Shown here piece by piece: positions 49,757 through 60,813 of a DNA stretch of 64,000 bases. A program made the translations under genes and the position numbers. The stretch's first letter is position 1. Every line of letters starts with the position of its first letter. The stretch covers positions 133,390-197,389 of the forward strand of contig CBDCLE010000025.1 in the NCBI GenBank assembly GCA_965218585.1, written 5' to 3'. Source of the stretch: Terriglobia bacterium (GTDB taxonomy: Bacteria; Acidobacteriota; Terriglobia; 20CM-2-55-15). Under the pieces are notes generated by a model. It was not told the DNA's origin. It saw only the letters and a program-made list of their open reading frames with translations, and made no database searches.

Positions 49757-51539
49757 GGCAGGTTGTCTGGATTATCGGCAACGTCGAGAATCAGGGTCCC
49801 CGACGGATAGCGGCTGCCCTCGTGAGTGAACGCCTTGTCCGAACTCTTGACGGCAAGTCCCTCGCGCAGGGTGTTCGTGAGGAATCGCACAGCTGAGGCC
49901 GAACCCCAGGGGACCAGATAGGCGACACTGCCGTTAGCACCCGAGACAACTCCCGGCTGCACGAACTCGGATCCCACCGGCGAAAAATCACCGGCGACTG
50001 AACGATTACAGGCATCCGCCCGAACGTTCATCATCAGCGGCATAGACCAGGCAGTGACATCGTAAATCTCGTCTGGCAGATTCTTTGATCGGAGCCGTTC
50101 CTGCTCAGCAAGGAACTCGTCTCCGAGCGGGACCTCTACATCCAGCAGAGTCCTTATGAGACGCTTCGACGGTTGGGCCATGTTGATGACGTAAGTGCCG
50201 GCATCATAGGACTGATCACAGGCAGTGAAGGACGAAGCGGCTTTCCCAACCTCTACGCCTTGCCGCACGAGCAATCCTGCCAACTTGTCGACGGCCGATT
50301 GATCGGGCTGGGTCGGCAGGATGTAAGATCGAATGTCGTCGCTCTCGCCTTCCTCTATGGCCGTAACCTGGTATTGATAGAAGTCTGTAAGGAACTTAAC
50401 CCGGTTTGCGGCGACCGTTTCCGCCGTGCCAAGTGAAGTCACGAAATGATTTCGCACAGTTTCCCGATACCTCAAGTCATTGCCGTCGTACTGCCTGAAA
50501 ACCAGACCTCTGGCCGACGCCTGCTCGTATGTCATCGCAATGCTGCCGAAGTACGACGGCCAGCTCGCACCGTAACCGGGATAGAACGCGTCGTAGACTT
50601 CACGAGTGAAGTAATCGATACCGAACTGGTCGAACCAGCGAGCGTTGTTCTCTCCAAACAATGCCAGGCTGTTGCGCTGATCCTCTGCCAGATGGGGGTT
50701 GTAAGGAATAGCTTCGGGGGCAAAGTAATAGGTGCCATCCGAACCCATTTCGTGCGCGTCGACATATGCGACCGGATACCATTCCTGCAACGCATCAATC
50801 CGCCCTCGTGTTTCAGGCTGGGTCAATATGAACCAGTCACGATTGAGATCAAATAGGTAGTGATTGGTGCGCCCGCCAGGCCATGGTTCATCGTGTTCTG
50901 CAGATACCCGGTCCGAATCCGGCAGCAAGCCCTCCGACATTTCAAAGTGGTGCAGGAAACGGTCACGCCCGTCAGGATTCTGCATCGGGTCGATAACGAC
51001 AACAGTATTCCTCAAGATATCGGCAACTCGCGCGTCACCGCCCGATGCCAGCAGGTGATAGGCAGTCAGCATGGACGCATCCGTCGATGAAATCTCGTTG
51101 CCGTGAACACCGTACGACAACCAGGTAACTGTGCGGGCTGCGTTTCGATCAACTCCTGCGCCTCTGGGCGCGTCGTAACTCGCGGGTCCGCAAGGCGCTG
51201 CATGCCGGCCTTGATTCCGTCGATTTGTGCGATGTTTGGAGGAGACGAGATAGCAACGTATATGAGCTCTCGGCCTTCCCACGTGGTTGCGTAGCGTGTA
51301 ATGAGAAGACGATCCGGCGCTGCCGCCGCGAGAGCCTCGAAGTAACGGATGGCATCGCGATGCCAGGTTATTTGTTCACCGGGTCCGTAGCCGAGAACGC
51401 TTTCGAAGGTCGGGATTGTGGGGTCGTAGTTCGCGTCCGGCCAGAAAACGAAATTATCCTGAGCCCCGGATTGGGAAGTACCAAGAATGATTGCAACTAT
51501 GACGAGCGCAAGTCTCGTGCCTGTCAGCATCCGTTTCAT
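49757..51539 (-). pseudogene. M14 zinc carboxypeptidase; frameshift near 51135, 3' truncated
   Basis: Signal peptide, VHGNE, NPDGR, FDLNRDW, DAHEMG; ends abruptly after DNPDNLP. Confidence 0.85.
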
Positions 51540-51797
51540 TTGCTCCCCCCATCAGCTATGAGTTTGCTTGACCAACGATTTCGAATTAGGGCTGCAAAGG
51601 CGTGTCCCAATTCAGAGTCTGATGTCTTTCCAAGCCGTTCCCTCACTGGTTCAATTGGAATTCCCGTGCCGAATCAGGATTCAGATCACCGGCAAACATC
51701 GCTCGATACATTCGATCGCACCTCAGATGTCGTTTTCGGATTCGGCATTGTCGCGGCTTTCCTCGGTGCGATCCTGCTGTTGAGCTAGAACTGATTT

Positions 51798-51842
51798 CGA
51801 TTCTCTACGACCGAGAAGACGATTTCTCGGGCGTTGAGATCC
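51798..51842. repeat. Dispersed palindromic repeat, copy 1
   Basis: CGATTCTCTACGACCGAGAAGACGATTTCTCGGGCGTTGAGATCC; 35/45 identical to 54444-54488 by eye. Confidence 0.55.
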
Positions 51843-51946
51843 CCGAAAAGCGACTGTGAGTCCTTCACGCCATCCACGCGCGGCACTGCTCCACATCCGT
51901 GGAGTCGGCGACGAACTGAGCCGTTTGACCCACAGGCTTCCACAAA

Positions 51947-53410
51947 CTAATTGAACCCTTCGACCTGTTTCCTGACTTCCCGTAGAAGTGCCGGCGCATC
52001 GTAGACGCGGCCGTCTTTTATCGTCCAGCGCACGCCTGCCCCGGCCGGGCCATAAGCACCGTAAAGCCGCTTGAGATCAGCGATCGGATTGCCCTCAACC
52101 AATATCAAATCCGCTGCCCAGCCCGGGCGTAACTTCCCCAGTTTCTCCTCGCCAAGTATCTCGGCCGAATTCGCTGTTGCATGACGAAGGGTTTCAAGAG
52201 GCGAAAAGCCCGCTTCCACATGCATTTCAAGTTCCCGGATGAATCCGAATCCGAACAGGTGGAATCCGGCGCCGGCATCCGCGCCAGCGGTCACCATACC
52301 CCCATTCCGCGCGAAATAACGTACCGCACGCATCCATAGCTGGAAATGCTGGCGCCAGGCGACCTCATCCACTGTCGTCCACTCCGAATGAAAGGAACCG
52401 TGGACAGACGGGTCCGGTTCCCAGTTTACAGTCGTATCCGGGTGAGCATAGTCTCGGAGCCAGGGCAGATTCCGGACTCGGAGCAGATCACGATTACCTT
52501 CATAAACACTGAAGGTCGGATTCCAGGAGACACCATCGGCAATCATCTGATCCAGCGCCGCTTCCATCATCGGCCAGTCCACTTGCTGCCAAAGACGTCC
52601 GGCCCAGCGAAAACGATGCAACTCATTTAATTCGTTATAGTCCAACGGGAGATCCGCTCCCCCGGGCACCGCCACGTCCGGCACGCCGTACCAATGTTCA
52701 ATCGAAGTCACGCCTGCCTTAGACGACAGCAACGCGTTGGCACTGCCTCGTAGCGGAATACTGTTGTGTTGCATGATGGGCAGACCCACCCGTTGGGCTT
52801 CGTCGCCAATGGCTTCCAACAAATCGGGATAAACGCCAGACAGTTTGATACCATCCGCGCCTTCTTCCCGATACTGCCGGACCAGCTCCCGCGCTGAATC
52901 AGGAGTGAGACTGCCGGCAAACATCGCCCGATATGCAAATATACGCGGTGCTATTCTGCTGCCTTCCTCACTTTCTTCCCGATGGCGCTTCAGCGTCTCG
53001 AAACCGCTGAAAGATCCCGCATCCCGCACCGTCGTGATCCCGTGGGCCAGAAACAACTTGTACGCATAATCCGGGCCCCACGGGCTGTTTTCTCCCGGTA
53101 TGTGGGTATGCATGTCAATAAGACCAGGCAAGGCATACATACCTTCAGCTTCGATAACCCGCGTCCCTTCCTCTACCTCAGGACGTCCACCGACCTGGCC
53201 GGTAGCGATCAAGTCCGCATTTACGACGTTAGTAATAACGCCCCCCTCAACTACGATATCGACCGGACCCCGGGCCGGTGCGCCGGTGCCATCGATCACG
53301 GTTGCATTCCGGATCAATAAACGCTGCTCGACATCCTGAGCCAATAAAGGGAACGATAGCAGTGAAATAACGACTGCGTGTAAGATTGCCGTGCCTGTCA
53401 GGTTTTTCAT
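51947..53410 (-). CDS. Exported amidohydrolase-family metalloenzyme
   Basis: Signal peptide, PGLIDMHTH, GITTVRD, SIEH, GAD, ADLILVEGNP. Confidence 0.9.
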   Translation of the reverse strand: MKNLTGTAILHAVVISLLSFPLLAQDVEQRLLIRNATVIDGTGAPARGPVDIVVEGGVITNVVNADLIATGQVGGRPEVEEGTRVIEAEGMYALPGLIDMHTHIPGENSPWGPDYAYKLFLAHGITTVRDAGSFSGFETLKRHREESEEGSRIAPRIFAYRAMFAGSLTPDSARELVRQYREEGADGIKLSGVYPDLLEAIGDEAQRVGLPIMQHNSIPLRGSANALLSSKAGVTSIEHWYGVPDVAVPGGADLPLDYNELNELHRFRWAGRLWQQVDWPMMEAALDQMIADGVSWNPTFSVYEGNRDLLRVRNLPWLRDYAHPDTTVNWEPDPSVHGSFHSEWTTVDEVAWRQHFQLWMRAVRYFARNGGMVTAGADAGAGFHLFGFGFIRELEMHVEAGFSPLETLRHATANSAEILGEEKLGKLRPGWAADLILVEGNPIADLKRLYGAYGPAGAGVRWTIKDGRVYDAPALLREVRKQVEGFN

Positions 53411-53546
53411 CTTATTTCTCCAATGGAAATGCGATTTCTTTTTGAGACAATCACCCTCTGCCATGAAAAAATCCTTTACCAAGGAGGCTCAGTACTTCGT
53501 AGTGGCCGAGTTTGGTGCCGGATTCCATCGCTATAGTGTTTTGCTA

Positions 53547-54360
53547 GGGCGTGTTAATACTAACGTAGTGCCTCGACGATGAGTGCGAAGTGAAGGAAGG
53601 CGAGGAACATGACGTCGAGTTTATCGAAACGGGAGAAGATACGCCGAAAACCCTTGAGTCGGCGGAAGAGCCTCTCGACTTCGTTCCTGCGGCGGTAGAG
53701 CACGCGGTCGTATTCCCACGGCTCCAGGCGGTTGCGCTTGGGCGGCACGACGGGAATCCACCCAAAATCCAGAGCCAATTGGCGGGTCTGGTCGTCCTGG
53801 TAGGCACGGTCCATCAGCAGCGGCAGCGGCGCGGGCAACGGCCCCAGGCCGGCGAGCAGATCGCGGCCCTGCGGGGCGTCGTGCGCTTGGCCGGGCGAGA
53901 GCGCAAACGTTATCGCCGTTCGAGCATTCGCGGCAACCAGATGAATCTTGGTGGTCCATCCACCGCGGGATTTGCCGATCGCTTGCGGACCGTTTTTTTT
54001 AACGCTCCCGTGCCGTCGGGATGCACCTTCACAATGGTCGAGTCCATCGAAACGGCTTCCACCCGGATGCGCACCAGTTGCTCGCGCTGGAGTTTTTCGA
54101 AGACGGCGTCGAGCACCCCGTTCTTGGACCAGCGGTTCATCCGGGTGTAGATGGTGTGCCAGTTGCCAAAGCGCTTGGGCAGACCGCGCCACTTGCAGCC
54201 CTGCTCAGCCACATACAAAATGGCGTTCAAGACCGTCAGGTTCGAAAGACTGACGTTGCCCCGCTGACGCGGCAGTTCCGGCTCGATGCGACAATACTGC
54301 TCCTGTGTGATCTCCATGCCTGATTATAAAACATTCATGCTCATTAGTGTTAACACGCCC
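53547..54360 (-). mobile_element. IS5 family (IS427-group-like), 814 bp, two-ORF transposase with programmed -1 frameshift
   Basis: TIR GGGCGTGTTAA(T/C)ACTAA, TA duplication within CTAG; orfA 53910-54317 and orfB to 53560 joined at an A8 run (53993-54000); SRGGWTTKIH, MDRAY, RNEVERLF. Confidence 0.93.
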
Positions 54361-54443
54361 TAGTTGGAACCGTGAAAAACTCGCTAAAGAATACTAAGGG
54401 AGGGGTTTGTAAGCAATCAGAAGGTCAACGCTCGTATTTAACC

Positions 54444-54488
54444 CGATTCTCAACGTCCGGGAAAATGATTTAACAGGCGTTGAGAATC
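54444..54488. repeat. Dispersed palindromic repeat, copy 2
   Basis: CGATTCTCAACG-TCCGGGAAAATGATTTAACAGG-CGTTGAGAATC with an 11-bp perfect stem. Confidence 0.55.
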
Positions 54489-54506
54489 AATTTCATGGTC
54501 ATCTAG

Positions 54507-56048
54507 GAGTCTGCGCGGCAGAGCGGAAAGAACCTGGATTTATTGGGATTTGATCGTGTTGTCGGAGGCGACCGGACCGATTCTGCCGTTATGATGAACT
54601 CAGACCGGTGCGGACTCCAGTAGTAAGCCGTGTGATAAGGGTGGCGGTCCCGGTTTTCCGGATTAGGCCCATTCGATCTTCCCGTTCATCCGTCGTAAGT
54701 TCACTGCTAGAGTCACCAGGTTCCACTCACAGGTCACCTTGTCCAAACCTCGCAGACTGAACTGTCGGAATCCGAGCACCGATTTGATCCACCCGAAGGG
54801 CGGTTCACCAATGTGCTTTCTGGCCCGGTAGCGATCACGCCCAGACGGGGATTTCATCTTTCTCGTCATCCGACCAAGCGCGGTATCTTGTGGCGGGAGG
54901 GGGGCATCGTCCAGGTCCTTCTCCCGCCCCATGGCGACATACCCATCAATTTGGCGTTGTTCTAACATCCCCAGATTCGACTCGGATCGATACCCCGCAT
55001 CAGCGAGCACGCGGCCTGGAGACTCTCCCAGGTTGTTGTTCACCGCATCCAGAGTCGGCTCCAACTGCCCCACATCCGACGCATTGTCGCTCACCGTGGT
55101 CGCCACGATGATCCGGGCCTCGGAATCCACCATCGCCTGCGCGTTGTAACATTGCTGGAACCCTTCCGTGGAGGTCTTCATGATCCGGCTTTCTGGATCG
55201 GTGAAGTTCTCCTGGGCCTTGGGCTTGGGCTCGCCCATGGGGCGTTTGAATGGCTTGCCCTTCTTTCCGCTTCCCGGTTCGTCGTCTCCCGGTTTCCGTC
55301 CGGCTTCCTGGTCCGCAGCCATCTGACGTTCCTCGAGTCGCTTCATCGCCGCCTGGATCGTGGCCAGACGCTTCTTACGGGTCGCCAACCCGTCGGGTAG
55401 TTCGTCTCCGCGCCGGTCCTTGCCGTAACGCTGGTCTTCGTCCTCATCGGTCGCGGTCGCCCGGTTCAACAGATCCCGAATCTGCTCACCCAACTCGGTC
55501 TCCTGCTTCTTCATGCGTTGATAGCTCATCGCTTTGCGTTTGCTCGCATTCGCCCGCATCTTGGTTCCGTCCACCGCTACCGTCCCCATCTTCACCAAAC
55601 CCGCTTCTCGCGCCATCATCACCACTTGCACAAACAGCTTCCCGAACTCCTCAAGATGCAGTTTGCGAAAATCCGAGATCGTTCGGTGCGCGGGAAAGTT
55701 CTCGGCTCCCAACATCCGGAACGCCACATCTTCTCTCAACTTCGCTGCGATCTTCCTGGATGAAAACACTCCGGTCCCGTACCCATAGATCATCACCTTC
55801 ACCATCATCCGCGGATCGAAGGCCTGATTGCCAGGCCCGTCAGTTCCATGCCTCTGTTCGAACCCGCTCAAATCCATCGCGTCCACAGCATCCGATATGA
55901 AGTACGACAGGTGATCTTCGGCCAGCCAATCGCTCAGCGACGGTGGCATCAGCAGGCTCTGTTCTGGAATATAGGCTCGGTAAGTTCGTGGCATGCCCTA
56001 TCTTCCATCCATTCCCGCCCAATTTCGGTCCTTCTGCCGCGCAGACTC
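54507..56048 (-). mobile_element. IS1182-family element; transposase at 54663-55994
   Basis: TIR GAGTCTGCGCGGCAGA, CTAG TSD (54503-54506 / 56049-56052); VDGTKMRANAS, TDPESR, YNAQ, ADAGY, EPPFG motifs. Confidence 0.94.
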
Positions 56049-56113
56049 CTAGACGACCGGCAAGCCCCCGGCCCTGGAAGGCCTTCAAAAAACGAAAGCT
56101 CCGGGAATGAGCC

Positions 56114-57316
56114 ATGGCGCGTCACTACTCGACCCGAAGCTTCTTCCGACAGATGCCGGCCGGCTTGCTGGCGCGCTACTTCGGGCGCCGGGCGGTGCTG
56201 GCGGATTTCAACTTTGCGGGCCTGGAGGAAACCCAACCCGAGGCGTTGTTCGCGGCCTGGCTGGAGTTGCCCGAAGCAGACCGGAACTCGATGGAGGCCG
56301 AGTTTCGCGAGATCTTCGAGATGGGCTGCGAGAAGGGAATCCTGGCCATTGTCGACGAAGCGCGCTGGCAGTGGCGGAGGGATCCCGGCCGGGTCACGGC
56401 TTTCCTTGAAGCATCGTCCGCCCTGCCGGGCCACTACGACCGGGCCATGGCCGCCTACCTCGATCACCCGGAATGCTGGACCGGGGCCACCCGCTTCCAT
56501 CATGCCGACGCGCTGCCCTACTGGCGCAAGCGCAAGAACCTGGGGCACCGGCCCGCGGTGGTGGACGCCGGCAGTCTCGAGCATCTGGCTGAGCTGATCC
56601 GCACCTATTTTCACTCGAGCGAGGGCCGGGGGAACCACTGCGTGGTGGAATCCTACCGGCGCGGGGAGCTGGATTACTTCTTCGCCTATCCGGAGGACTA
56701 CTCCCGGCAACAGATCGAATGGGTGGATGGCGCCTTCGGGCGGCGACCCCACAATCCCGCCTTCGAGGTCGTCTTCGTCTACGCGCGCGAGGAGGGCACG
56801 CTGGACCTGAACTTCGATGGACCGTACCGCTCCGTGGAGCCGCTGCACGGCATGTTCGCGACGGCGATTCTCAAACTGGAACGGCCCCCGCCCGATCCCA
56901 CCGACCAGGGCGTCTACGACCTGGAGCCGCTCGGAGGGTGGGGCTTCGGGTTCGTCTACGACATCGGCAGCGGGATCGAGAAGGTGAGGGTCATGAGACT
57001 GGGGTTGTCCTCCCTCGAGAGAGAGGGCGACCGGATCACGGTGGAAGCCGATGCGTCGGAGAATCCCGAGGCGGTCTACGACCTGCTCGAACAGGTTGCC
57101 CCGGCGATGCCGTTCAATCCGTATCGCGTCTCCGAGGTGGAGCTGGCGGCCTGGATCGCGACGGAGGCGGAGAAACCGGCCACCCGGGTGCCGATCCGCA
57201 TCGCCCACCCGAATTCCTGTTCGCTCAAATACGACGAGCGGGACCTGAAGCTGCGGGCGATGCTGGAAGCCTCCGGCATCGAACTCGAGGAACCGCCCGG
57301 GGAGGCTCCGGCATGA
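56114..57316 (+). CDS. Hypothetical protein of genomic-island type
   Basis: 400 aa, high-GC codon bias, MARHYSTRSFFRQ start, ATGA-coupled to the next gene. Confidence 0.8.
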   Translation: MARHYSTRSFFRQMPAGLLARYFGRRAVLADFNFAGLEETQPEALFAAWLELPEADRNSMEAEFREIFEMGCEKGILAIVDEARWQWRRDPGRVTAFLEASSALPGHYDRAMAAYLDHPECWTGATRFHHADALPYWRKRKNLGHRPAVVDAGSLEHLAELIRTYFHSSEGRGNHCVVESYRRGELDYFFAYPEDYSRQQIEWVDGAFGRRPHNPAFEVVFVYAREEGTLDLNFDGPYRSVEPLHGMFATAILKLERPPPDPTDQGVYDLEPLGGWGFGFVYDIGSGIEKVRVMRLGLSSLEREGDRITVEADASENPEAVYDLLEQVAPAMPFNPYRVSEVELAAWIATEAEKPATRVPIRIAHPNSCSLKYDERDLKLRAMLEASGIELEEPPGEAPA

Positions 57317-58125
57317 GACCCCGTGCCACGAGTCCGGAGGCCGTCCTGATCGAGGTGCTCGACCGGATCGCCGGTTCCCGGGATCACACGACCCGGATCA
57401 GCGCCCGTGAACTGGCCGGCTGGCCGGCCGATGCGGTGGCGGCCCTGAAGTCCCAGCGGCTCCTGCGCCGGTCGCGCCCCGCCACCAGCGTCGTATGTCC
57501 GGGATGCGAGCAGCAGTGCGGCATGCCGGTGTACACGGTGGTGGGTCCGGGCGCATCGGCCGGGCAGACCGATCGATGGAGCTTCATCGTCTGCGACAAG
57601 CGTAGCGATATCAATCGGGTCACTGTGGAACCGGATCGGCTGACCCGGTGGCAATCGAGTCTCGATGCCGTCTGCGATTTCGTGGCGGGCTCTCTTGGAA
57701 TGCGGCGCGCCGGAAAGCGGAGCGGCCGGGCCGGGTTGATGGAAATCGGCATGGCCAGCGGTAACAGGCGTCGTCAGATGCTGTGCCTCCGCGCCGACGT
57801 GGAATTGGAGTTGGTCGCCGGAGACGGCGCCGTCGTCCTAACCGAAGTGGTCGATTTCCGCCGCGGCCGCTACGGATTGAAGAAGGCCCGGCTCCGCCGA
57901 CTCGTGGACACGTTCGCGACGCCCGATGCCCGCTACACCCCGGGCCACAACAGGCAACAAGCGCGCCAGCGGGCCATCCGCGCCCGGGATCAGGCGTTGA
58001 GAGAGGCCTACGTGCAGCTGAAACGGGAACGCCCGGGCATGACCGGCGCCTGGTATGCCCAGCAGATCGCCAAGCGTGACGTTGCCGGTGGCCTCAGCCC
58101 GGAAACCATCCGCAAGAAGATATAA
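57313..58125 (+). CDS. Hypothetical protein with Zn-binding CPGCEQQC and C-terminal HTH
   Basis: GGAGG RBS, ATG at 57313; C-terminus WYAQQIA...LSPETIRKKI. Confidence 0.75.
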   Translation: MRPRATSPEAVLIEVLDRIAGSRDHTTRISARELAGWPADAVAALKSQRLLRRSRPATSVVCPGCEQQCGMPVYTVVGPGASAGQTDRWSFIVCDKRSDINRVTVEPDRLTRWQSSLDAVCDFVAGSLGMRRAGKRSGRAGLMEIGMASGNRRRQMLCLRADVELELVAGDGAVVLTEVVDFRRGRYGLKKARLRRLVDTFATPDARYTPGHNRQQARQRAIRARDQALREAYVQLKRERPGMTGAWYAQQIAKRDVAGGLSPETIRKKI

Positions 58126-58141
58126 AACCAGGAACAACTAG

Positions 58142-59878
58142 CCCGCATGTTTCACCAGTCCGGCGATCAGGGGGATTTGGGCAGTAAGAATCGGATTCGG
58201 GAGGATCTGGGTTCGAATTGGGCATGTGTGGCGTGACTCGGCGGTGTCGACAAGCGGGAGTTGCTGCGTTTTCGGGTTCAGAAGAGGGTGACGAAACGCA
58301 CTGAGACAAACCTCGGCGGAGCCGAAAAGAGCGAGTCGATTTTGGCGCAGGGGATCGGGTCGGTTCTCAGCAGCGCAGAGGAAGCGCCTGCAGGTTTCGA
58401 TGGACGAGGGCAAAGACCTCGGCGTAGGGATAGGCTTCCGACATGGAGATCCAGATGTTGCGAACCGTCAGACGGACTTGAGCTCCGATCTTGAGGAGCT
58501 TCAAGCGGATCGTCTGGCACTGAGCGCGGGCCAGATCGGTATTCTTCAGTCCCAGACGGCGTAACGCGTGCAGGAGCATGTAGGCGGCCGAGGACAGATA
58601 GAGCCGGAGTTGATTGGCGCGCATGGTTGCCGCGCTGGTCCGGTCGGCGAATAGATCCAACTGCTGTTCCTTGATGCGATTTTCCATGTCGCCCCGCGCA
58701 CAGTAAAAGTCTTCATAGAGGGCGCGGGCGTCCAGGCGTTCCGGCGACAGTGAGGTCACAACGAATCGAGGATTGGCGCCTTTCTCCAGGAACTCGGCCT
58801 TGCCGATGACGCGTCGGGTGCAGGTCCAGCTCTTCCGAGTGCGATACCGGAAATCGTTAAACACCCGCGCCGGTTTCCCGGTGTCGTTAAACTCGGCTTC
58901 GGCCTGACTCATCGATTCAGCGATCTCGCGCTTGAGCCGATCGTTCTTGGCCAGACCCACCACGTAATCGACCTGGTGGGCCTCGCACCAACTCAGCAAT
59001 TCATCCCGGCAAAAGCCCGAGTCGGCCCGGATGATAATCGACACCTCCGGCCAGCTCTGCCGGATCTGGCCGATGATGCGGTTCAATTCCTCGACGGCGC
59101 CGTCCGCACCGTCGACATTGGAGCACCGCAACCGGGCGCATAGCAGATGCTCTCCCGAAAAGATGTAGAGCGGCAGATAACAGTAGTTGCCATAGTAGCC
59201 GTGAAAGAACCGTCCTTCCTGATGGCCATGGATCGGATCATCGGTCGCATCCAGGTCCAGAACAATCTCCTCGGGCGCCGATCCGTGAGCCGCCACAAAT
59301 GCATCCACCATCCAGCGGTCGATCTTGTCCGGGTCCATGGCCATCTTCTTGTACCGCTCCTTCCCATCGACTTGCTCCCCGGTCAGTTCCAACCGGTTCA
59401 GCGTACACTTGCCCGCCAACGCTTTTCCCCGGTCTCGGGCCTGCCGCCGCTTCTCCCCCAGTGGATCGGCCTTATCCACCGCCACGGCCAGCATCGGATC
59501 GGTCCGCAGTTGGTCATGATCGTTCAGATCCTCGTAGCCCAGACAGAGTCCGTAGACGCGCTGCCCCAATAACTCGCTCACCGTGTGTTCGATCAACCTC
59601 GCGTCCCGGTAATCCCTGAAACACTCGGCCAGTCCGGCGATCAGACCCGTTCGCTTTTCCACTTCCCTCAACAGCAGAACCCCAGCGTCGGAGGTGATCT
59701 TTCCGCCGTCAAAACGCGCCTTCACTTTTCGTTGAAGAAGTCCGTGAAATTCGAACGTCGTTTGGTTACACTCTGTTCTCATAAGGGCCGTCTCCGTTTG
59801 GCTTGTTAAACGTTTATTTCAAAACGCTTTATGCCAGACAGGGCGGCCTTTTCTGGTCCTATCGGTGAAATATGCGGG
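58142..59878 (-). mobile_element. IS1380-family element; transposase at 58367-59782
   Basis: TIR CCCGCAT(G/A)TTTCACC, CTAG on both flanks; TSDAG, LDLDATDD, RADSGF, YCARGDMENRIKE. Confidence 0.95.
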
Positions 59879-60427
59879 CTAGCACCACCGATTCTGGTGG
59901 CCTGGCTGATCGACAGCGTCACGGGCAACGCGCCGGGCTGGATGTCCCCTGTGGGGTTGACCGAGATGTTTCCACAGGTGGTGTTTGTCGCCATCCTGAC
60001 CGTGGTGATCTTCGGCTTCGAGAGCCTTTCCCAGTGGGGTTACGCGTACGGCTTCATGACGATTGCGCAGGATATGCAACATCGTCTGAGAGTGGATGCC
60101 TACAGCCAGGTACAATCCCGCGAGATTCGTTTCTTCGAGGAACATCGTCTTGGCCAGACCCTGGCCATGCTCAACGACGACGTCAACCAGCTCGAACGGT
60201 TTCTCAATAACGCTTTTAACGAAATAGTCCAGCTCTGCGTCCTCGTCGTGTTTGCCGGTGCGGTGCTCTTCACGATCAGTCCGGGTCTGGCGGGGCTGGG
60301 CCTGCTGCCTTTGCCTTTCATCGTGTGGGGTAGCCTCAAGTTTTCCCAGATTCTTGAGCCCCGTTATCGCAAGGTGCGTGCCACGGTGGGCGACGTGGCC
60401 TCCCGTCTCGAGAACAATATTGGCGGT

Positions 60428-60813
60428 TCTATGGAAGGGGCTGTCAAGAGAAACACGTCCCCGCCGAGCGGACCACCGGACCCAACACTGTCGTGGCAGC
60501 CAGCCCCTGTCTCCGTTGAGACGAACTGTTGATCCGGCATCGCAGAGAAGTCGATCACTCATCACAACGTGGTGTGGTTTCGAGAAACTGAAAAGCGCAA
60601 AGGGGTCGTGATTGCCGACCACGGTTCTATCTGAGCCTCGAGGGCTATCGCTTTTCCAGGTCGTGCGAGGGGGGATAGAGTATTACATGGGCCTTCAGCA
60701 AGCGCTGTGTGCCAACCGCGTATCGGATCCTCACCCTCGACCCTACCGTTCCGACGCCTCACCGACGACGAGCGGTCGAATGCCTCGCGCTGTCGGCAGA
60801 AGTCTGGAAACGG
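60428..60813 (-). ncRNA. Putative bridge/seek RNA region of the IS1111-type element
   Basis: 386-nt non-coding end containing target matches (GTATTAC 60680-60686, GCCAA 60711-60715) and donor matches (GTTCTAT 60624-60630, GCTAT 60644-60648). RNA boundaries unknown. Confidence 0.7.

Noticed and set aside
51225-51788. 187-aa plus-strand ORF with a hydrophobic tail
   Set aside because: Mostly antisense to the M14 peptidase; the 3' part could be a gene remnant but has no recognisable family or RBS.
56719-57312. N-terminal 198 aa of the 468-aa ORF
   Set aside because: Off-frame overlap with the upstream gene; the real start is ATG 57313 with a GGAGG RBS.
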